From assembly GCF_032191835.1 (NCBI RefSeq), contig NC_083227.1, positions 83,080,001 through 83,144,000 of the forward strand: a DNA stretch of 64,000 nt, written 5' to 3'. Position 1 is the stretch's first letter. Every line of letters starts with the position of its first letter. The notes under the pieces were generated by a model that was given only the letters and a program-made list of their open reading frames with translations, searched no databases and had not been told where the DNA came from. This stretch comes from Heteronotia binoei. Its lineage: Eukaryota. Both the position numbers and the translations under genes were made by a program. Of the stretch, positions 49,804-60,840 are shown piece by piece.

Positions 49804-50060
49804 GGAGAGCCACGTGTGGTGTAGTGGTTAAGGGCAGTGGACTCTAATCTGGACAACTGAGTTTGATTCCCCACTCCTTTTCTACATGCAGCCAACTGAG
49901 TGGCCTTGGGTCAGCAGCAGTTCTGGGAGAGTTCTTTCAGCCCCACCTACCTCACAGGGTATCTGTTGTGAGGAGAGGAAAGGAAGGAGATTGTAAACTG
50001 CTCTGAGCCTCCAAGTGAAGGGTGGGGTATAAATCCAATCTCCTGTTCCTCTTTCTTCTT
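49804..50060 (+). mobile_element. Squam3/MIR-like tRNA SINE
   Basis: gagagccacgtgtggtgtagtggttaag...gtttgattcccc...cctacctcacaggg...ggtataaatcc. Confidence 0.85.
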
Positions 50061-52009
50061 TGAACTGGATTAAAGGATGTTTTCCTTTGATCTGATTTAA
50101 AGCCCCAGGAGGTCCACAGGTCATGCTCAGAATGAGTACAACATTAGGTGGATGCTCCCATTTAAATTGGGGGCTTCCTGCATACCAAGCAGGGAAAAAT
50201 CCCCATGTGGAAGCAGTCCTAAACGCATTAATTCCCTTCTTAACAGGCAGGTACTGGAAAGGATGTTGTTAGAAGGGACATTTCCATTTGCAGTTGAAAT
50301 GGTTGAAAATATAAGACTTCTTTCATGTATTGTTTTAATCAATAAAACTGTGGATTATTGTGTCTCAGAAGAGCAAAGGGTATTTTTGTTAAATAATTCT
50401 GAAAACATTCATTTGCTCGTTGGTATAACCAGTCTTGAAGTTTACTTGTTAACTGCAGCAAAGTATGTTGTGGTGTGCTAATTACAGCCCTACTGATGCT
50501 CAGTGGTTAGCTGAATTGGGGAAATACAGATTTATGGAGAAATTGACCTGTTAAATGTTAGTGAATTCATGCAATCCAGAGGAATTTAGGTGAGTTTGCT
50601 TTGGCTTTTAGATTATAGTTTGAATCCAGTTATTAGAACATTGTATTCCTCACAGTGGAAGAGAATTGTTGGATCCAGCCTTCTGTGGATAAAGCAGGTT
50701 CACACATTGCAAAGCCATGTAAATATCATGTCTTTTGCATTTTGATCACTGAACATTTTATAATATTTTGTCATTATCAATTAATCTCAGTGCTTTCTTT
50801 ATAAACTGTTTTATCATCATTATTGAATTCATCTGGTTGATAAATTCTGACTTGGGAATTAATTGTTCATTTCCCCCCCTTTCACTTAATTTTTTATCAA
50901 CTATTGTTAATATTTTTTCTGGTGTTTGGTAACTTTTATTTTGCATTGATCTGCTATTTTAAACTAATGACAAAGTAATGGAAAAATAGATATTAAAAAA
51001 GGTTTTATATCATTTTGTATGCTAGAGTCTTGGTTGGTCCATAGGAAACAGCCCAGCTCACTGGTGAACTGAGGAATGCTTTCAGCACAAGGAGTGGATA
51101 TTGAAGTAACAAGGGGAGGTCATTATAGTTTCAGGTGTGTATGAATGCTCCCACTTGGGCATTGGCATGGCTAAACTGAGAGATTGTTGTGCAGTCCAAA
51201 TCCACTATATTATATCATTACATGTTTGCCATGGGGGGGAGATGGGTGGGGGAGGAATGTTGTAATAACATTGCAATGAATACCAATTTTAGCTTCAGTA
51301 TTCTTGAGGGCCAGAAGTCTATTTTGCTATTTGAATTGAACCACTTGTATTTAGAATCCAAAATAAAATTGTCAGCATCTATCAATAAGAGCTGGTTATG
51401 GTGATGGAACATATGCATTTAGACATAAAACTAAATTTACACATGTTCACAGAGATCAGAAATCACACACACCTGAAACATATTCACATATATATGTTGT
51501 CTGTTTTATTGTATCCTATGATTTTAGCTTGTAGTTTTTAATTGTTTTAACTTTTGTTGTTATCTGCCCTGAGCCCATTGGTGGGAAAGGGCGGAATACA
51601 AATTAACAAAAATAAATAAATACTACGTGCGTGTTTCTGCTTTTTTATTTGTATGTAACAAGGAATGGACTGACTTTACTTCTTGCAGCCTGAAAACATT
51701 TTAAACAACTGAAACTGTAGTCGATCTGTTTGCCATTTCATGATGAAAATATGATTGAGCTGCCAGAGATCAGATAAAATTGCTTCAAGGCTACATTCAG
51801 CTTGCAGGCCTTCAGTTGGACATCCCAGGTTTACAATGCAGTCCTATGCAGAGTTACTCCAAAGTCACTGTTTACAGGATTGCACTGGTTTTATTAGTTG
51901 ATGTTATATAAATAATGCAATGCTGTATATGGGGGAAGAAAGAGAAGCCAGAATTAATTTTTTCTGTTTATTCCATTTAGATCCCATCTGTCTTCTATGG
52001 AAATCAAGG

Positions 52010-52660
52010 AAGCAAGGTCTCCCTTCTGAGGAGGTCTCCCACCCAGGCACTAACTATACCCAGACCTGCTTAACTTCAGCAAGGTTGCAGTAATATGTGC
52101 CTTAAGTAGGGCTGCCAAGTCCAATTCAAGAAATATCTGGGGACTTTGGAGGTGGAGCTAGGAGACTTTGGGGGTGGAGCCAGGAGACATTGGGGTGGAG
52201 CCAAGATCAAGGCTGTGACAAGCATAATTGAACTCCAAAGGGAGTTCTGGCCATCACATTTAAAGGGACGGCACACCTTTTCAATTCCTTCCTTCCATAG
52301 GAAATAATGAAGGATAGGGGCTTCTTTTGGGGCTCATAGAATTGGACCCCCAGGTCCAATCTTTTTGAAACTCGGGGGGTATTTGGGGGAGAGGCACTAG
52401 ATGCTATACTGAAAATTTGGTGCCTCTATCCCAAAAAACAGCCCCCCCCAGAGCCCCAGATACCCACGGATCAATTTTTCATGATTTTCTATAGGAATAA
52501 ATTTCCATAGGGAATAATAGAGTTCCCAGCAGACATTTCCCTCCCCTCCCCCGGCTTTCTGACGACCCTGAAGCGGGGGGAGGGTCTCCAAACCGGGGGA
52601 TCCCCTGCCCCCACCTGGGGATTGGCAACCCTAGCCTTAAGACCGCACCCTGGGACTGAA
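52010..52660 (-). mobile_element. 5S rRNA-derived SINE or 5S pseudogene split by a MITE
   Basis: Plus-strand ggtctcccacccaggcactaac...cagacctgcttaacttc is the reverse complement of the 5S box C/box A region. Continues after the duplicated gccttaag. Confidence 0.65.
52107..52633. mobile_element. TAGGGTTGCC-family hAT MITE, 527 bp
   Basis: Perfect TSD gccttaag at 52099-52106 and 52634-52641. Confidence 0.93.
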
Positions 52661-52949
52661 GGATTCGGCCTAAGGAACACCAAAATACAAATCCTGCCTT
52701 TGTGCTCATTTAAAAAAAAATTATTGGCACACATTCAAACCCACAAGAATTACTAATTTGTATACTGAGTGGTCTAACTTTTACTGCAAGTTGAATTACA
52801 GAATATAGAAATAATGTTCATTGTGCCAATATTATTAAAATAAGACCAATTTTAAAATACAGTTCATGTTTGTCTATATTTTTGTGCTTTATAGAGTTTG
52901 TTAATTTTGCCATGATGACATTTTATTGGCCCATTCTGAAATTAATAAC

Positions 52950-53761
52950 TAGAGATGGGCACAAACTGGGGAAATGGCTGTTCATAGTTCATTTGATTGT
53001 AGGGTTGCCAATCCCTTTGGAGTTCAATTATGCTTGTCACAGCCTTGATCTTGGCTCCACCCCTAATGTCTCCTGGCTCCACCCCCAAAGTCTCCTGGCT
53101 CCACCCCAAAGTCCCCAGATATTTCTTAAATTGGACTTGGCAACCCTATTTGATTGCCCAAACTGGTGATTCATGTTGGTTCATGGTTCGTTTGATTTCC
53201 CAAACTGGTTCATGGCTTGTTTGTTTTGTTTTGTCAGGTTGTAGAATAGCCCCCTTGTGAGTTAGAGACACCAAACTCTCTGGGAGTCTTCAGTAGTCTC
53301 TCCTCCACCTGCCCTTCAAGTTTGCAGAAGATTGGATTTGGAATGTCTGAGTTATATCTCCTCAAGTAGGTGCCCCAGGAAAGCCCAGCTTCAGCTCTCC
53401 TGACAACTAACTCTTCTCCCTTCATGCTGCAAAGTGAAAGCTGCTGAGTGAGGCTGCTCCCAAAGAGCAGAATGGGAGCTCCATGACTGGCTCCCAGAGC
53501 TGCCAATCAGGCTATGGACAACTGCCATGGGTGTTACTAGGGCTCCCAGAAGTCCACCCCCAGTGTTGCCTAGGAATTTATTGAAATGGTGTCTGGAAAA
53601 ACAAAGTGCAAAAGTGAACCAAAGGAACCATCAAGGGATAAAGGCGGTTCATTTTCTGGTTCAGGCACAGTGCGATCAAACAAACTGGTTTGAAATGAAC
53701 CATGAACCAGCACAATTCATTCTCAAACTGCAGTTAATTTTTTGGTTCCTGCACACCCCTA
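52950..53761. mobile_element. Shorter member of the TAGGGATG hAT family (cf. 4452-7589)
   Basis: Termini tagagatgggcacaaac and ggttcctgcacacccta. 52950-53500 is the reverse-complement homolog of about 7290-7589. Confidence 0.7.
53000..53148. mobile_element. Minimal 149-bp TAGGGTTGCC MITE nested in a hAT element
   Basis: Perfect TSD tttgattg at 52992-52999 and 53149-53156. Confidence 0.93.
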
Positions 53762-53795
53762 CTGCTAACAATTCACCTGTATGTAGGATAATAAA

Positions 53796-56300
53796 GGGGC
53801 GGTGGGGGGGTGGGCTCCCTCTGGGTGTCCTGCCCCCCAGGGAAAGTGCATGCGCAATACATCGCCTCTCCTCTCCCGGTGTAGCGAACGCTGCATGGTC
53901 ACTGTCTGGCTATGCCTGGCAGATGGTCACTGCAATGGCCTCTCCTACATTACTGCATCCGTGGCAACACCTTCTCGCTGGTCCCCCCCGTTTTCACAGA
54001 GTTTGCCACGTCATAGTGCGACCGAATGTCCGGCGGTATAACCGGATGGGCAGGTTGGGCTCACCAACCTCGCCAGCCAAGAGAAGGAAAACTCTAACAT
54101 CAAGCCCGGGCAGAGAGAGCTCATTAATGTAACATCTACCCTCTTGTCCCGGGAAAAAAGCAACCTTTTGCGCTATATGTAGCAACCTCCAGCACAAGCT
54201 TCAAGACATTCAGAACAAGTGGTGGACCAAGCTTGCAGAGAGAACCCAGCTGTGTGCAGACACTGGTGATTTAAGAGGGTTCTACGAAGCCCTGAAGGCA
54301 GTATATGGTCCATCATATCAGGCTCAGAGTCCCTTGCGTAGTGCAGACGGCCAAGTGCTCCTCACAGACAAGGCATCCATACTGAACCGGTGGTCGGAGT
54401 ATTTTCAGGTTCTCTTCAGTGCCAATCGCGTAGTTCAAGGTTCAGCAATCCACCTCACCCCACTTCAACCAGTGAAAACAGAGTTGGATGAGATCCTCAC
54501 CCTAGAAGAGACTGTTAAAGCCATTAAGCAACTGAAAAGTGGCAAGGCAGCGGGAGTTGATGGAATCCCACCAGAGATCTGGAAGCATGGTGGCATAGTA
54601 CTACATAGCACACTTCACAAAGTACTTGTCACCTGCTGGGAACAAGGCAAACTACCACAGGACTTTCGCGATGCAATCATCATTACTCTACATAAGAACA
54701 AAGGGGAAAAGTCAGACTGCTCCAACTACCGGGGGATAACCCTGCTCTCCATTGCAGGCAAAATCCTTGCTAAAATACTCCTGAACAGACTGGTGCCCAC
54801 CATTGCAGAAGAACTCCTCCCAGAGAGCCAGTGAGGCTTCAGAGCTAACAGGAGCACCACAGACATGGTATTTGTTCTCAGGCAGCTCCAAGAGAAATGC
54901 AGGGAACAGAACAAGGGTCTATATGTGACTTTTGTTAACCTTACCAAAGCTTTTGCTACTGTTAGCAGGAACGGCCTGTGGCAAATCTTGGAATGTTTAG
55001 GATGTCCCCCAAGGTTCCTCAGTATGGTCATCCAGCTACATGAAGACCAGCGAGGCCAAGTCAGACACTGCAACGATCTCTCGGAGCCCTTCCCAATAGG
55101 CACAGGTGTAAAGCAAGGCTGTGTTCTCGCGCCAACTCTCTTTACGATCTTCTTTAGCATGATGCTTCAAAGAGCCGCAGTAGATTTAGATGATGATGAT
55201 GGTGTCTACATCCGCTATCGTACCGATGCCAGTCTGTTCAACCTGAGGCGACTAAAGGCCCACTCCAAGACAATGGAAAAACTTATCCGAGAGCTACTGT
55301 TTGCTGATGATGCTGCACTTGTCTCCCACTCGGTATCAGCTCTGCAGCATATGACGTCCTGCTTTGCAGAGGCTGCCAAGCTATTCGGCCTAGAAGTTAG
55401 TCTGAAGAAGACAGAAGTTCTCCACCAGCCTGCACCCCAGGAAGATTATCACCCTCCTTGCATCACTGTGGGTGAATCAGTTTTGAAGACAGTCCAGCAG
55501 TTCAGCTACCTGGGGTGCATCATCTCCTCAGACACCAAGATCGACAAGGAGATTGACAACAGGCTGGCAAAGGCAAACCGTGCATTTGGCCGACTGCATA
55601 AAAGAGTGTGGAGCAACAAGCATCTGAAAAAAGGCACAAAGATCAATGTTTACAAAGCGGTTGTGATGACAACCCTTATCTACGGCTCCGAATCGTGGGT
55701 ATTATACCGTCATCACCTGTGACTCTTTGAGCGCTTTCATCAGCGCTGCCTTCGCACCATCCTCAACATCCAGTGGAGCGACTTTGTGACCAACACTGAA
55801 GTCCTCAAGTGGGCGGAGGTTACAAGCATCGAGGCATTGTTGTTGAAGACGCAGCTGCGCTGGGCAGGGCATATCTCCAGGATGGAAAACCACCGCCTTC
55901 CCAAGATTGCCCTGTATGGCGAACTTTCCACCGGCCATCGAAATAGAGGGGCACCAAAGAAGAGGTACAAAGACTCCTTGAAGAAATCCCTTGGTACCTG
56001 TTGCATTAACCATCACCAGTGGTCTGACCTAGCCTCAGATCGCAAAGCATGGAGGCACACCATCCACCAGGCTGTCTCTTCCTTTGAGAACGCACGCATA
56101 GCTGGTCTTGAGGACAAAAGGAGATTGAGGAAGAATCGTACTGCTACAGCACCAACCCCAAATCAGACTTTTCCCTGCAGCCACTGTGTCCGGACCTGCC
56201 TGTCCCGCATTGGTCTTGTCAGCCACCAGCGAGCCTGCAACAGACGTGGACTACTGTACCTTTCTTAAATTTTCGTTCGCGAAGTCAAGCCGAGAGAGAG
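53796..56300 (+). mobile_element. RTE-clade LINE with 5' end but no endonuclease domain; RT pseudogenised
   Basis: 11-bp TSD aggataataaa at 53785-53795 and 56301-56311; (GA)n tail. RT ORF is broken by in-frame stops at 54832-54834 and 55720-55722. Confidence 0.93.
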
Positions 56301-56848
56301 AGGATAATAAACTCCCATCACAAAGATCATGGAAGTAACCAGCTTGCAATATCATCTGCTAAAGGGAAAATAAATTGCTCTCATGCCAACTGTACACGTT
56401 TTATTCTTTTTTCAAGAATTTCTATTCTTTCGGGGGGGGGTTGTCTGCCACATTATAGGAGTAGCACATGTAGAAACAGGTTCCTTCTTTTTTCATCTTT
56501 CTTGCACTTTGAATCATGAGCTCCTCTAATTTTCTTGAGTATAGATTGTCCTGCATGCCCAGGATGTGGAAATCAATTTAAAAGTCTCAAATACTATTTG
56601 AAATTGTTTGGTAAAATGAAGCTCTCCATACCGCCAATTGGTGAGATAAGGTTTTGATTGGTTGAGTGATAGATATGTTCTCCCACCCCTAATTTTTGGC
56701 CCAAAGCTTCTTACAGTAAAATCTCAGTTAAAATCCATGGATAAAAATACAAGATCTGAAATAAAAACAAAATTTAAAAAAAGCATAAGGAACAAACCAT
56801 GTTTAGGATGAAAGAAGCTGAAGACAAGCCAGGATTGTATCCAAGGTT

Positions 56849-56920
56849 GCCATTTTGCCAATATAGTGGCACTTCCATTGCCAAAGCCATTTTGCCAATA
56901 TCGTGGCACTTCCATTGCCA
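56849..56920. repeat. 37-bp tandem duplication
   Basis: gccattttgccaatat(a/c)gtggcacttccattgcca occurs twice. Confidence 0.95.
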
Positions 56921-57275
56921 CTAGACCCTCACTGTTCCTGAGGGTCCCCTGAGCCACTAGAAGCAAAATTTCAGACATGTCAGGGGGTTGCAGCAGTGGG
57001 GAAACAAGGAAGTCCTGCTTTATCAAGTTCACTCCATTGGTGTTACTGAGGATCCAGCCCTCAGAGTTTATTATGAAGCAGGGATTTAGACACTGCCTAT
57101 GTCCCATCCCCCACCCCAGGCCCATGGTACCTTAATTTGGGTTCTAAGAAACAACTGTTTCTCCTGTTTGCTGGGGGAATGCTGACTTGAAATACAATTG
57201 AGTTTTAACCCTTTCTCACTAGTATTACCCTGGTTTTGGATGGCATTGAAGAAGCAAAGATGAATCTCTCAGTCA

Positions 57276-57453
57276 AAATTTGTGGTAGGGGCTTTCATGA
57301 GTTATTGCTCACTTCTTCAGATCTGAAGAACTGAACAGTGACTCACGGAAGCTCATACCCTGTCACAAATTTTGTTAGCTTAAAAGTACTACTGGACTCT
57401 TACTCATTTCTACTGCTACAGACAGACTCACATGACTACCCATCTTGATCTAA
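57276..57453. mobile_element. 178-bp Penelope-like mini-element with two inverted hammerhead ribozyme cores
   Basis: 10-bp TSD ctctcagtca at 57266-57275 and 57454-57463. CUGAAGA on plus at 57323-57329 and on minus at 57314-57320, each followed by a helix II and GAAA or GGAA. Confidence 0.75.
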
Positions 57454-57850
57454 CTCTCAGTCAGATGTTCTATTCCAGAATGCTAACATATTACAGAGAT
57501 GGCATTTGAGGGTGATAGGCATCAAACAACAGTTCCCCTTGGATTAGGGCACAGACAAGGAGGGTTCCCCCTCATCGAATAAAAATCCCTATGACTCAAG
57601 TGTTCCAATGTTACTACAGTCAATGGACCTACTAGAATTACGAAATGGTTGGATTCTGCTGATTTGCATATATAGTTCCAGAGCTAACCCCGCTCATATT
57701 TGCTTAGGGGTATACATAGCTGATGAAGCAATCTAAAACCAGATCCTCCTGCAAGAACAAAGAGATGGAAAACATAAATGGAGTACGTAGTTTGAAGAAT
57801 AGGAAGGGGCAAACCAAGGTTATGACTATCAAATAACTGTCTAGTATCTG

Positions 57851-58020
57851 CAGGGGTAGAATTCTAGCAGGAGCTCATTTGCATATTAGGCCACACACCC
57901 TGATGCAACCAATCCTCCAAGAGTTTACAAGGCTCATTTTTGTAAGCTTTTGGAGGACTGGCTACATCAGGGGTGTGTGACCTAATATGCAAAGGAACTC
58001 CTGTTAGAATTCTACCCCTG
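57851..58020. mobile_element. Palindromic hAT MITE (CAGGGGTAGAATTCT termini)
   Basis: Perfect TSD agtatctg at 57843-57850 and 58021-58028. Arms of about 79 bp around a loop of about 12 nt. Confidence 0.93.
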
Positions 58021-58919
58021 AGTATCTGACGCTAAATGCAGTGGATTCAGAAGGCTGCACAGGGGGGTATCTCTGATGCAGTCATTTGCAATTTAGTCCA
58101 AGTTTATTGCTGAGATTAAAAGACTGAGGAATATAAATTGTAAGTGTGATGACTTAAGAGTTCATCAATTCAGCATATATTGTAGTTCCCCAGAGACCTT
58201 GCATGTAGCTCAATCAGCAGCCCATGAGAACAGACTGTGAGCTGATTTAAATGTGATGCTGGTAGAGACAAAAGCACTGCCCTGTGGGACTTTGTACCCT
58301 ACACAGAATCTTCTTTAAGTTTGGCTGCTACCTGTATGAAGCAGCCATATGACATCACATGTGAACAGGCACTTCACACAGTTTCTCAAGCGAGCTATAT
58401 GTAGCATGTCCTAACTTACACACAAACATACACACAGAATAAACTTCTAGGTGAAATAGCACATATGCATAAAAACATCAATATATCTAATTGTGAGCAT
58501 GGCCAAATCTGTAGATACTTAAATCTAGAGAGTGGAGCCATGAACAGACAAGGTAGATCTTTCTACACAACTAAAAAACCCTGCAGTTTGCAGAAAAGTC
58601 TAAAATCTATCCCCCCTATTTGAGAGTGTTAAAACCTGCAAAATTATAGAAGCAGCTTGTGTAGCTTTAAGAAACAAATGTCTTCAGTGTCCAGTACTAG
58701 ATAACTACAACAGTATCACCAACCTGTAAGCCTTGGTTTTCTTCAGTAAAGCGCAGGAGGGAGGGGTCGAGCCTTTCTAGGGCTGTTTTGGCCTTTATGG
58801 GAGAACTCAATGGGACCAGGCCCAGCAGCAACCATAGAGCAACTTGCTACCACCCGACTTACATGACTCACCCAACCCTGGCTGCTTGCTTCTATTCAAC
58901 AATAGCCACCCCACAAAAG

Positions 58920-59130
58920 GCAGAGTGGTGTAGTGGTTATATTTTCAAACTAGAGAAACTAAGGTCTGAAACTCCACTATACCAGTTTACAGAGTGACCT
59001 TCGACTAGTCATGCACTCTGAGACAACTTACCTCACAGAATTGTTGTGAGGGTAAAATGGAGAAGAGAATGATGTAAGCTGCTTTGGATCCCTATTGGGT
59101 AGGAAAGTGAGGTATAAATGAAGTAAATAA
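58920..59130 (+). mobile_element. MIR-like SINE
   Basis: agagtggtgtagtggtta...cttacctcacagaattgttgtgagggtaaaatgg...ggtataaatgaagtaaataa. Confidence 0.8.
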
Positions 59131-59656
59131 TAACAGTTTAAAATTGATGGTGAATAAAAGGTAGGTTGGATGGTGAGTGGGAAAAAGAGGAGGAAGCACG
59201 GGGAAGGTGATAACATGGCAGTTGCTTGATTGAGGGGAAAGTGTGAAAAGGAGGATAAAGGGGACAGTGAGGTGCCCCCCACAAACCCCTTGCAGGTTTC
59301 CTACCAAAATTGGATTCAGAACCCATCACTGCACCACTGAGCCATAGTTTTCCTGGACAGAGTCTATGAGTGGAGGGGAAGCTGGAGATAAGAGGGTAGG
59401 TATAAATAGGCTGGCTGGTGGGTGAGAAAGAAACAAAAGAAGGAGAGAGGCTGGGGGGCTTTCAGGAAAAGGAAAGAGGAAATAGTGATAAAGAGCCTGC
59501 CCCACAACTCCTTGCTGTCCTACTTATTTATTTTATGTAATATATGCCATATTTTCTCTGCTCCCATATATCTTGGATAATCCAGACACTATGCATTTTA
59601 TTTCTTTTGAAGACTTGGAAGCTTTAGAAATGTATTGATCTACAGTTAACAATAAT

Positions 59657-59855
59657 AGTGCCTGATATGGATAGCCCAGGCAAGCTCTTCGGATCTCAAA
59701 AGCTGAGCAGGGTTGACTGTGATTAGTACTTGAATGGGAAACTGTCCTTGAAATATCCAGCCAGGAGGCAGGGGCAGGCTTATTAAGCCACCTCCCTGAA
59801 TAACCTCCAGGCCCCCAGTAGGGGTCATCAATTGTGTGCACACACACACACAAAA
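59657..59855 (+). mobile_element. 5S rRNA-derived SINE with (CA)n tail
   Basis: 16-bp TSD tacagttaacaataat at 59641-59656 and 59856-59871. 5S-like ggatctcaaaagctgagcaggg...ttagtacttgaatggga. Confidence 0.85.
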
Positions 59856-60088
59856 TACAGTTAACAATAATGACCAGTCAATTTAATGGTCATTTTCTGA
59901 CACAAAGACCCAGAATCCTATCTAACGGTCACACCTCTAGACTGTATAGTCCTTCTGACCCTTAGTCCTAGATACTTGAAATTAGTTGTGGTTACTCAAC
60001 TATGAAAGGCACTCTGTACATGCTCAGGACACTTTAAGATTATTACTTTGCATATTGCAAGGCTGAGCTCTAAATTATTAGATAGGCC

Positions 60089-60538
60089 TGTTGAGTTTCT
60101 GATGCAATTTCACTTCCTGTTGTCATGAGTTAATTAAATGTTTGTATATGCATGCTGATGTTTAGCCAATGAGAATGTTTGCATGTACTTCCCGCCAAGG
60201 CTAGGTGTCAATATGCATAGTGACCAGTGAGGGAGAGCCCTAATAGGCTAATCCATATATTTGGGTGGTGGTTTGAGGGAAACCATTTGGTCAGTTTTAT
60301 AGCCCTTTGTGTTAAGCCCTTAGATCTCCATGCAGTTGAAGTTAGGACTTGAGAGAGTCAAGATGTAGCCTAGAAGCTAGAAAGGATATTGAATCCTTCT
60401 TTGTTTTCTAGAAATCCCAATCATACCTTTCCTCATTAGAAAAGTAAACTACTTTTATTCTTAAACTAAACCGTGTGCCTGGCTGCTTTTGTGGTTATCT
60501 CCACGTTACTCTGCTAAAGGTATATGTAAACCCCAACA
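60089..60538 (+). repeat. 5' LTR (450 bp)
   Basis: tgttg...caaca termini. The first 233 nt match 63768-64000 with 8 differences. Confidence 0.93.
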
Positions 60539-60540
60539 AA

Positions 60541-60557
60541 AAGTTATGGGGCCACAG
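60541..60557 (+). promoter_or_regulatory. Primer binding site, copia type (internal tRNA-iMet)
   Basis: aagttatggggccacag resembles GGTTATGGGCCCAG, the complement of the initiator tRNA-Met anticodon arm. Confidence 0.75.
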
Positions 60558-60840
60558 TAACCTTTTGATGCGAACAAAAAGCCAAGGCAGTTAATTAGCT
60601 AAGAAAAGTATAACGAAGTGCTCAGGTCATACTCCAAGAATTTGCATCTGAAGGAATTCCTTCCCATCGCTTGTAGTCAACGGCTGACTACTTGGGAAAC
60701 AAAAGGAACAGATTCTCTTTGATGTCCCCTCGGAACCGCAGACTCAGAAAACCCAGAAAACACCTGGAAACTCTGGAACAGCATCTTCGGCTGAGGAAAG
60801 GAGGATGACGTTGCAACCATCAGAGCAGGTTGTATGCAAT

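Noticed and set aside
50758-50946. 62-aa minus-strand ORF as a host exon
   Set aside because: AT-rich, with no recognisable protein similarity and no clear splice sites.
53527-54132. 201-aa ORF as a possible RTE ORF1 or host exon
   Set aside because: It starts in the upstream hAT element and crosses the TSD into the RTE leader, so it is a chance fusion.
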